Source: Auanema rhodensis
Taxonomy: Eukaryota > Animalia > Nematoda
Assembly (NCBI GenBank): GCA_964057225.1
Contig: OZ059896.1
Coordinates: forward strand, 21,824,001 to 21,888,000
Length of the DNA: 64,000 bases
Direction of reading: 5' to 3'
The notes beneath the pieces are model-generated. The model did not search any database and had not been told where the DNA came from. It worked only from the letters and a program-made list of their open reading frames with translations. A program made the translations under genes and the position numbers. Of this stretch, positions 1 through 10,800 are shown piece by piece. Each line of letters starts with the position of its first letter. Positions within the stretch are counted from its first letter, which is position 1.

Positions 1-351
1 GCTAGCTTAAAAATGCACCAAGATATCAACTGATATAAGTGAACACTTATATCCTCGATTTTCACCCTGAAGATTTAATTTTTTCGTTGAATAACATTGT
101 CCATCGTCTTTGCCTTGAAAAAAGAAATCTAAAAACATCTACTTTTTGCTAAATTATTTTGAAATTTTTCGAAAAAATTTTTGTCAAAATGTTTTTGGAA
201 GCAATGTTGAGTGTACATGGAAACTAAACATACACTAAGGCATCATTTTTCAAACGATCATAACTAATTTTTGTATTAAGCGTTTCTCAATGTAGTATAG
301 TGCATTCGATGCGGATTTTTGAGCTGCGTCGATCTGTGTTATCAGATTTGC
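1..351. repeat. Representative satellite monomer (phase set arbitrarily at the NheI site)
   Basis: Hand count of 109 G+C in 351 bp, with many A/T tracts. Typical monomers carry single NheI (GCTAGC), EcoRV (GATATC) and BsrGI (TGTACA) sites. Confidence 0.97.
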
Positions 352-382
352 GCTAGCTTAAAAATGCACCGAGATATCAACT

Positions 383-404
383 GATATAAGTTCACACTTA
401 TATC
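383..404. other. Dyad I, present in every monomer at positions 32-53: GATATAAGT(G)-loop-(C)ACTTATATC
   Basis: A 9-10-bp perfect inverted repeat with a 2-4-nt spacer, read directly from the sequence. Confidence 0.9.
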
Positions 405-481
405 CTCGATTTTCACCCTGAAGAATTAATTTTTTCGTTGAATAACAATGTCCATCGTCTTTGCCTTGAAAAAAGGAATCT

Positions 482-547
482 AAAAACATCTACTTTTTGC
501 TAAATTATTTTGAAATTTTTCGAAAAAATTTTTGTCAAAATGTTTTT
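482..547. other. Dyad II (monomer positions ~131-196): imperfect A/T-rich inverted repeat centred on TTTTTCGAAAAA
   Basis: Nested arms AAAAACAT/ATGTTTTT and TTTTGA/TCAAAA surround a 12-bp perfect core TTTTTCGAAAAA. Confidence 0.75.
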
Positions 548-554
548 GGAAGCA

Positions 555-582
555 ATGTTGAGTGTACATGGAAACTCAACAT
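555..582. other. Dyad III (monomer positions 204-231): ATGTTGAGT-N10-ACTCAACAT
   Basis: A 9-bp perfect inverted repeat with a 10-nt spacer GTACATGGAA. Confidence 0.88.
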
Positions 583-650
583 ACACTAATGCATCATTTT
601 TCAAACGATCATAACTAATTTTTGTATTAAGCGTTTCTCAATGTGATATA

Positions 651-720
651 GTGCATTCGATGCGGATTTTTAAGCTGCGTCGATCTGTGTTATCAGATTT
701 GCGCTAGCTTAAAAATGCAC
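651..720. other. Dyad IV: long imperfect inverted repeat spanning the NheI junction
   Basis: ATTTTTAAGCT (666-676) pairs with AGCTTAAAAAT (706-716), followed inward by GCG/CGC and ATCTG/CAGAT around a TGTTAT loop. Outer GTGC (651-654) pairs with GCAC (717-720). Confidence 0.88.
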
Positions 721-1404
721 CGAGATATCAACTGATATAAGTTCACACTTATATCCTCGATTTTCACCCTGAAGAATTAATTTTTTCGTTGAATAACATT
801 GTCCATCGTCTTTGCCTTGAAAAAAGGAATCTAAAAACATCTACTTTTTGCTAAATTATTTTGAAATTTTTCGAAAAAATTTTTGTCAAAATGTTTTTGG
901 AAGCAATGTTGAGTGTACATGGAAACTCAACATACACTAATGCATCATTTTTCAAACGATCATAACTAATTTTTGTATTAAGCGTTTCTCAATGTGATAT
1001 AGTGCATTCGATGCGGATTTTTAAGCTGCGTCGATCTGTGTTATCAGATTTGCGCTAGCTTAAAAATGCACCGAGATATCAACTGATATAAGTTCACACT
1101 TATATCCTCGATTTTCACCCTGAAGAATTAATTTTTTCGTTGAATAACATTGTCCATCGTCTTTGCCTTGAAAAAAGGAATCTAAAAACATCTACTTTTT
1201 GCTAAATTATTTTGAAATTTTTCGAAAAAATTTTTGTCAAAATGTTTTTGGAAGCAATGTTGAGTGTACATGGAAACTCAACATACACTAATGCATCATT
1301 TTTCAAACGATCATAACTAATTTTTGTATTAAGCGTTTCTCAATGTGATATAGTGCATTCGATGCGGATTTTTAAGCTGCGTCGATCTGTGTTATCAGAT
1401 TTGC

Positions 1405-4212
1405 GCTAGCTTAAAAATGCACCGAGATATCAACTGATATAAGTTCACACTTATATCCTCGATTTTCACCCTGAAGAATTAATTTTTTCGTTGAATAACA
1501 TTGTCCATCGTCTTTGCCTTGAAAAAAGGAATCTAAAAACATCTACTTTTTGCTAAATTATTTTGAAATTTTTCGAAAAAATTTTTGTCAAAATGTTTTT
1601 GGAAGCAATGTTGAGTGTACATGGAAACTCAACATACACTAATGCATCATTTTTCAAACGATCATAACTAATTTTTGTATTAAGCGTTTCTCAATGTGAT
1701 ATAGTGCATTCGATGCGGATTTTTAAGCTGCGTCGATCTGTGTTATCAGATTTGCGCTAGCTTAAAAATGCACCGAGATATCAACTGATATAAGTTCACA
1801 CTTATATCCTCGATTTTCACATTGAAGAACTAATTTTTTCGTTGAATAACATTGTCCATCGTCTCTGCCTTGAAAAAAGAAATCTAAAAACATCTACTTT
1901 TTGCTAAATTATTCTGGAATTTTTCGAAAAAATTTTTGTCAAAATGTTTTTGGAAGCAATGTTGAGTGTACATGAAAACTCAACATACACTAATGCATCA
2001 TTTTTCAAACGATCATAACTAATTTTTGTATTAAATGTTTCTCAATGTAGTATAGTGCATTCGATGCGGATTTCTAAGCTGCGTCGATCTGTGTTATCAG
2101 ATTTGCGCTAGCTTAAAAATGCACCGAGATATCAACTGATATAAGTTCACACTTATATCCTCGATTTTCACCCTGAAGAATTAATTTTTTCGTTGAATAA
2201 CATTGTCCATCGTCTTTGCCTTGAAAAAAGAAATCTAAAAACATCTACTTTTCGCTAAATTATTTTGAAATTTTTCGAAAAAATTTTTGTCAAAATGTTT
2301 TTGGAAGCAATGTTGAGTGTACATGGAAACTCAACATACACTAATGCATCATTTTTCAAACAATCATAACTAATTTTTGTATTAAGCGTTTCTCAATGTA
2401 GTATAGTGCATTCGATGCGGATTTTTAAGCTGCGTCGATCTGTGTTATCAGATTTGCGCTAGCTTAAAAATGCACCAAGATATCAACTGATATAAGTGCA
2501 CACTTATATCCTCGATTTTCACCCTGAAGAATTAATTTTTTCGTTGAATAACAATGTCCATCGTCTTTGCCTTAAAAAAAGGAATCTAAAAACATCTACT
2601 TTTTGCTAAATTATTTTGAAATTTTTCGAAAAAATTTTTGTCAAAATGTTTTTGGAAGCAATGTTGAGTGTACATGGAAACTCAACATACACTAATGCAT
2701 CATTTTTCAAACGATCATAACTAATTTTTGTATCAAGCGTTTCTCAATGTAGTATAGTGCATTCGATGCGGATTTTTAAGCTGCGTCGATCTGTGTTATC
2801 AGATTTGCGCTAGCTTAAAAATGCACCGAGATATCAACTGATATAAGTTCACACTTATATCCTCGATTTTCACCCTGAAGAATTAATTTTTTCGTTGAAT
2901 AACATTGTCCATCGTCTTTGCCTTGAAAAAAGGAATCTAAAAACATCTACTTTTTGCTAAATTATTTTGAAATTTTTCGAAAAAATTTTTGTCAAAATGT
3001 TTTTGGAAGCAATGTTGAGTGTACATGGAAACTCAACATACACTAATGCATCATTTTTCAAACGATCATAACTAATTTTTGTATTAAGCGTTTCTCAATG
3101 TGATATAGTGCATTCGATGCGGATTTTTAAGCTGCGTCGATCTGTGTTATCAGATTTGCGCTAGCTTAAAAATGCACCGAGATATCAACTGATATAAGTT
3201 CACACTTATATCCTCGATTTTCACATTGAAGAACTAATTTTTTCGTTGAATAACATTGTCCATCGTCTCTGCCTTGAAAAAAGAAATCTAAAAACATCTA
3301 CTTTTTGCTAAATTATTCTGGAATTTTTCGAAAAAATTTTTGTCAAAATGTTTTTGGAAGCAATGTTGAGTGTACATGAAAACTCAACATACACTAATGC
3401 ATCATTTTTCAAACGATCATAACTAATTTTTGTATTAAATGTTTCTCAATGTAGTATAGTGCATTCGATGCGGATTTCTAAGCTGCGTCGATCTGTGTTA
3501 TCAGATTTGCGCTAGCTTAAAAATGCACCGAGATATCAACTGATATAAGTTCACACTTATATCCTCGATTTTCACCCTGAAGAATTAATTTTTTCGTTGA
3601 ATAACATTGTCCATCGTCTTTGCCTTGAAAAAAGAAATCTAAAAACATCTACTTTTCGCTAAATTATTTTGAAATTTTTCGAAAAAATTTTTGTCAAAAT
3701 GTTTTTGGAAGCAATGTTGAGTGTACATGGAAACTCAACATACACTAATGCATCATTTTTCAAACAATCATAACTAATTTTTGTATTAAGCGTTTCTCAA
3801 TGTAGTATAGTGCATTCGATGCGGATTTTTAAGCTGCGTCGATCTGTGTTATCAGATTTGCGCTAGCTTAAAAATGCACCAAGATATCAACTGATATAAG
3901 TGCACACTTATATCCTCGATTTTCACCCTGAAGAATTAATTTTTTCGTTGAATAACAATGTCCATCGTCTTTGCCTTAAAAAAAGGAATCTAAAAACATC
4001 TACTTTTTGCTAAATTATTTTGAAATTTTTCGAAAAAATTTTTGTCAAAATGTTTTTGGAAGCAATGTTGAGTGTACATGGAAACTCAACATACACTAAT
4101 GCATCATTTTTCAAACGATCATAACTAATTTTTGTATCAAGCGTTTCTCAATGTAGTATAGTGCATTCGATGCGGATTTTTAAGCTGCGTCGATCTGTGT
4201 TATCAGATTTGC
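1405..4212. repeat. 4-monomer higher-order repeat (1404 bp), two adjacent copies, class order A-B-C-D
   Basis: Class markers: A (AAAAGGAAT, TGTGATAT); B (CACATTGAAGAAC, CTCTG, TTCTGG, TTTCTAAG); C (TTTTCGCT, AAACAATC); D (CCAAG, GTGCAC, ACAATG, CCTTAAAA, TATCAAG). The private SNP TTAAATG lies at 2036 and 3440, 1404 bp apart. Confidence 0.9.
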
Positions 4213-4801
4213 GCTAGCTTAAAAATGCACCGAGATATCAACTGATATAAGTTCACACTTATATCCTCGATTTTCACATTGAAGAACTAATTTTTTCGTT
4301 GAATAACATTGTCCATCGTCTCTGCCTTGAAAAAAGAAATCTAAAAACATCTACTTTTTGCTAAATTATTCTGGAATTTTTCGAAAACTTTTTTGTCAAA
4401 ATGTTTTTGGAAGCAATGTTGAGTGTACATGAAAACTCAACATACACTAATGCATCATTTTTCAAACGATCATAACTAATTTTTGTATTAAACGTTTCTC
4501 AATGTAGTATAGTGCATTCGATGCGGATTTTTAAGCTGCGTCGATCTGTGTTATCAGATTTGCGCTAGCTTAAAAATGCACCAAGATATCAACTGATATA
4601 AGTGCACACTTATATCCTCGATTTTCACCCTGAAGAATTAATTTTCCGTTGAATAACATTGTCCATCGTCTTTGCCTTGAAAAAAGGAATCTAAAAACAT
4701 CTATATTTTGCTAAATTATTTTAAAATTTTTCGAAAAAATTTTTGTCAAAATGTTTTTGGAAGCAATGTTGAGTGTACATGGAAACTCAACATACACTAA
4801 G

Positions 4802-7800
4802 GCATCATTTTTCAAACGATCATAACTAATTTTTGTATCAAGCGTTTCTCAATGTAGTATAGTGCATTCGATGCGGATTTTTAAGCTGCGTCGATCTGTG
4901 TTATCAGATTTGCGCTAGCTTAAAAATGCACCGAGATATCAACTGATATAAGTTCACACTTATATCCTCGATTTTCACATTGAAGAACTAATTTTTTCGT
5001 TGAATAACATTGTCCATCGTCTCTGCCTTGAAAAAAGAAATCTAAAAACATCTACTTTTTGCTAAATTATTCTGGAATTTTTCGAAAACATTTTTGTCAA
5101 AATGTTTTTGGAAGCAATGTTGAGTGTACATGAAAACTCAACATACACTAATGCATCATTTTTCAAACGATCATAACTAATTTTTGTATTAAACGTTTCT
5201 CAATGTAGTATAGTGCATTCGATGCGGATTTCTAAGCTGCGTCGATCTGTGTTATCAGATTTGCGCTAGCTTAAAAATGCACCGAGATATCAACTGATAT
5301 AAGTTCACACTTATATCCTCGATTTTCACCCTGAAGAATTAATTTTTTCGTTGAATAACATTGTCCATCGTCTTTGCCTTGAAAAAAGAAATCTAAAAAC
5401 ATCTACTTTTCGCTAAATTATTTTGAAATTTTTCGAAAAAATTTTTGTCAAAATGTTTTTGGAAGCAATGTTGAGTGTACATGGAAACTCAACATACACT
5501 AATGCATCATTTTTCAAACAATCATAACTAATTTTTGTATTAAGCGTTTCTCAATGTAGTATAGTGCATTCGATGCGGATTTTTAAGCTGCGTCGATCTG
5601 TGTTATCAGATTTGCGCTAGCTTAAAAATGCACCAAGATATCAACTGATATAAGTGCACACTTATATCCTCGATTTTCACCCTGAAGAATTAATTTTTTC
5701 GTTGAATAACAATGTCCATCGTCTTTGCCTTAAAAAAAGGAATCTAAAAACATCTACTTTTTGCTAAATTATTTTGAAATTTTTCGAAAAAATTTTTGTC
5801 AAAATGTTTTTGGAAGCAATGTTGAGTGTACATGGAAACTCAACATACACTAATGCATCATTTTTCAAACGATCATAACTAATTTTTGTATCAAGCGTTT
5901 CTCAATGTAGTATAGTGCATTCGATGCGGATTTTTAAGCTGCGTCGATCTGTGTTATCAGATTTGCGCTAGCTTAAAAATGCACCGAGATATCAACTGAT
6001 ATAAGTTCACACTTATATCCTCGATTTTCACCCTGAAGAATTAATTTTTTCGTTGAATAACATTGTCCATCGTCTTTGCCTTGAAAAAAGGAATCTAAAA
6101 ACATCTACTTTTTGCTAAATTATTTTGAAATTTTTCGAAAAAATTTTTGTCAAAATGTTTTTGGAAGCAATGTTGAGTGTACATGGAAACTCAACATACA
6201 CTAATGCATCATTTTTCAAACGATCATAACTAATTTTTGTATTAAGCGTTTCTCAATGTGATATAGTGCATTCGATGCGGATTTTTAAGCTGCGTCGATC
6301 TGTGTTATCAGATTTGCGCTAGCTTAAAAATGCACCGAGATATCAACTGATATAAGTTCACACTTATATCCTCGATTTTCACATTGAAGAACTAATTTTT
6401 TCGTTGAATAACATTGTCCATCGTCTCTGCCTTGAAAAAAGAAATCTAAAAACATCTACTTTTTGCTAAATTATTCTGGAATTTTTCGAAAAAATTTTTG
6501 TCAAAATGTTTTTGGAAGCAATGTTGAGTGTACATGAAAACTCAACATACACTAATGCATCATTTTTCAAACGATCATAACTAATTTTTGTATTAAATGT
6601 TTCTCAATGTAGTATAGTGCATTCGATGCGGATTTCTAAGCTGCGTCGATCTGTGTTATCAGATTTGCGCTAGCTTAAAAATGCACCGAGATATCAACTG
6701 ATATAAGTTCACACTTATATCCTCGATTTTCACCCTGAAGAATTAATTTTTTCGTTGAATAACATTGTCCATCGTCTTTGCCTTGAAAAAAGAAATCTAA
6801 AAACATCTACTTTTCGCTAAATTATTTTGAAATTTTTCGAAAAAATTTTTGTCAAAATGTTTTTGGAAGCAATGTTGAGTGTACATGGAAACTCAACATA
6901 CACTAATGCATCATTTTTCAAACAATCATAACTAATTTTTGTATTAAGCGTTTCTCAATGTAGTATAGTGCATTCGATGCGGATTTTTAAGCTGCGTCGA
7001 TCTGTGTTATCAGATTTGCGCTAGCTTAAAAATGCACCAAGATATCAACTGATATAAGTGCACACTTATATCCTCGATTTTCACCCTGAAGAATTAATTT
7101 TTTCGTTGAATAACAATGTCCATCGTCTTTGCCTTAAAAAAAGGAATCTAAAAACATCTACTTTTTGCTAAATTATTTTGAAATTTTTCGAAAAAATTTT
7201 TGTCAAAATGTTTTTGGAAGCAATGTTGAGTGTACATGGAAACTCAACATACACTAATGCATCATTTTTCAAACGATCATAACTAATTTTTGTATCAAGC
7301 GTTTCTCAATGTAGTATAGTGCATTCGATGCGGATTTTTAAGCTGCGTCGATCTGTGTTATCAGATTTGCGCTAGCTTAAAAATGCACCGAGATATCAAC
7401 TGATATAAGTTCACACTTATATCCTCGATTTTCACATTGAAGAACTAATTTTTTCGTTGAATAACATTGTCCATCGTCTCTGCCTTGAAAAAAGAAATCT
7501 AAAAACATCTACGTTTTGCTAAATTATTCTGGAATTTTTCGAAAAAATTTTTGTCAAAATGTTTTTGGAAGCAATGTTGAGTGTACATGAAAACTCAACA
7601 TACACTAATGCATCATTTTTCAAACGATCATAACTAATTTTTGTATTAAACGTTTCTCAATGTAGTATAGTGCATTCGATGCGGATTTCTAAGCTGCGTC
7701 GATCTGTGTTATCAGATTTGCGCTAGCTTAAAAATGCACCGAGATATCAACTGATATAAGTTCACACTTATATCCTCGATTTTCACCCTGAAGAATTAAT

Positions 7801-10800
7801 TTTTTCGTTGAATAACATTGTCCATCGTCTTTGCCTTGAAAAAAGAAATCTAAAAACATCTACTTTTCGCTAAATTATTTTGAAATTTTTCGAAAAAATT
7901 TTTGTCAAAATGTTTTTGGAAGCAATGTTGAGTGTACATGGAAACTCAACATACACTAATGCATCATTTTTCAAACAATCATAACTAATTTTTGTATTAA
8001 GCGTTTCTCAATGTAGTATAGTGCATTCGATGCGGATTTTTAAGCTGCGTCGATCTGTGTTATCAGATTTGCGCTAGCTTAAAAATGCACCAAGATATCA
8101 ACTGATATAAGTGCACACTTATATCCTCGATTTTCACCCTGAAGAATTAATTTTTTCGTTGAATAACAATGTCCATCGTCTTTGCCTTAAAAAAAGGAAT
8201 CTAAAAACATCTACTTTTTGCTAAATTATTTTGAAATTTTTCGAAAAAATTTTTGTCAAAATGTTTTTGGAAGCAATGTTGAGTGTACATGGAAACTCAA
8301 CATACACTAATGCATCATTTTTCAAACGATCATAACTAATTTTTGTATCAAGCGTTTCTCAATGTAGTATAGTGCGTTCGATGCGGATTTTTGAGCTGCG
8401 TCGATCTGTGTTATCAGATTTGCGCTAGCTTAAAAACGCACCGAGATATCAACTGATATAAGTTCACACTTATATCCTCGATTTTCACATTGAAGAACTA
8501 ATTTTTTCGTTGAATAACATTGTCCATCGTCTCTGCCTTGAAAAAAGAAATCTAAAAACATCTACTTTTTGCTAAATTATTTTGGAATTTTTCGAAAAAA
8601 TTTTTGTCAAAATGTTTTTGGAAGCAATGTTGAGTGTACATGAAAACTCAACATACACTAATGCATCATTTTTCAAACGATCATAACTAATTTTTGTATT
8701 AAACGTTTCTCAATGTAGTATAGTGCATTCGATGCGGATTTCTAAGCTGCGTCGATCTGTGTTATCAGATTTGCGCTAGCTTAAAAATGCACCGAGATAT
8801 CAACTGATATAAGTTCACACTTATATCCTCGATTTTCACCCTGAAGAATTAATTTTTTCGTTGAATAACATTGTCCATCGTCTTTGCCTTGAAAAAAGAA
8901 ATCTAAAAACATCTACTTTTCGCTAAATTATTTTGAAATTTTTCGAAAAAATTTTTGTCAAAATGTTTTTGGAAGCAATGTTGAGTGTACATGGAAACTC
9001 AACATACACTAATGCATCATTTTTCAAACGATCATAACTAATTTTTGTATTAAGCGTTTCTCAATGTGATATAGTGCATTCGATGCGGATTTTTAAGCTG
9101 CGTCGATCTGTGTTATCAGATTTGCGCTAGCTTAAAAATGCACCAAGATATCAACTGATATAAGTGCACACTTATATCCTCGATTTTCACCCTGAAGAAT
9201 TAATTTTCCGTTGAATAACATTGTCCATCGTCTTTGCCTTGAAAAAAGGAATCTAAAAACATCCACTTTTTGCTAAATTATTTCGAAATTTTTCGAAAAA
9301 ATTTTTGTCAAAATGTTTTTGGAAGCAATGTTGAGTGTACATGGAAACTCAACATACACTAATGCATCATTTTTCAAACGATCATAACTAATTTTTGTAT
9401 TAAGCGTTTCTCAATGTAGTATAGTGCATTCGATGCGGATTTTTAAGCTGCGTCGATCTGTGTTATCAGATTTGCGCTAGCTTAAAAATGCACCAAGATA
9501 TCAACTGATATAAGTGAACACTTATATCCTCGATTTTCACCCTGAAGAATTAATTTTTTCGTTGAATAACATTGTCCATCGTCTTTGCCTTGAAAAAAGA
9601 AATCTAAAAACATCTACTTTTTGCTAAATTATTTTGAAATTTTTCGAAAAAATTTTTGTCAAAATGTTTTTGGAAGCAATGTTGAGTGTACATGGAAACT
9701 CAACATACACTAAGGCATCATTTTTCAAACGATCATAACTAATTTTTGTATTAAGCGTTTCTCAATGTAGTATAGTGCATTCGATGCGGATTTTTGAGCT
9801 GCGTCGATCTGTGTTATCAGATTTGCGCTAGCTTAAAAATGCACCAAGATATCAACTGATATAAGTGAACACTTATATCCTCGATTTTCACCCTGAAGAA
9901 TTAATTTTTTCGTTGAATAACATTGTCCATCGTCTTTGCCTTGAAAAAAGAAATCTAAAAACATCTACTTTTTGCTAAATTATTTTGAAATTTTTCGAAA
10001 AAATTTTTGTCAAAATGTTTTTGGAAGCAATGTTGAGTGTACATGGAAACTCAACATACACTAAGGCATCATTTTTCAAACGATCATAACTAATTTTTGT
10101 ATTAAGCGTTTCTCAATGTAGTATAGTGCATTCGATGCGGATTTTTGAGCTGCGTCGATCTGTGTTATCAGATTTGCGCTAGCTTAAAAATGCACCGAGA
10201 TATCAACTGATATAAGTTCACACTTATATCCTCGATTTTCACCCTGAAGAATTAATTTTTTCGTTGAATAACATTGTCCATCGTCTTTGCCTTGAAAAAA
10301 GGAATCTAAAAACATCTACTTTTTGCTAAATTATTTTGAAATTTTTCGAAAAAATTTTTGTCAAAATGTTGTTGGAAGCAATGTTGAGTGTACATGGAAA
10401 CTCAACATACACTAATGCATCATTTTTCAAACGATCATAACTAATTTTTATATTAAGCGTTTCTCAATGTAGTAAAGTGCATTCGATGCGGATTTTTAAG
10501 CTGCGTCGATCTGTGTTATCAGATTTGCGCTAGCTTAAAAATGCACCGAGATATCAACTGATATAAGTTCACACTTATATCCTCGATTTTCACCCTGAAG
10601 AATTAATTTTTTCGTTGAATAACATTGTCCATCGTCTTTGCCTTGAAAAAAGGAATCTAAAAACATCTACTTTTTGCTAAATTATTTTGAAATTTTTCGA
10701 AAAAATTTTTGTCAAAATGTTTTTGGAAGCAATGTTGAGTGTACATGGAAACTCAACATACACTAATGCATCATTTTTCAAACGATCATAACTAATTTTT

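Noticed and set aside
82-98. CENP-B box-like TTTCGTTGAATAACATT
   Set aside because: It matches the TTCGNNNNA half but lacks the essential CGGG, so it is not a canonical box.
1-351. 5S rDNA, tRNA, snRNA or spliced-leader tandem gene unit
   Set aside because: No recognisable 5S, tRNA cloverleaf, A/B box or spliced-leader sequence on either strand. An Rfam cmscan would be the definitive test.
1-351. Assignment to a known ~350-360-bp satellite (Drosophila 1.688/359-bp, Tribolium TCAST1, Pimelia PIM357)
   Set aside because: Only length and AT-richness are similar. I do not recognise sequence identity and cannot run a search.
651-720. Rho-independent terminator or promoter calls from hairpins and TATA-like words
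   Set aside because: There is no gene context, and such motifs are expected in AT-rich satellite DNA.
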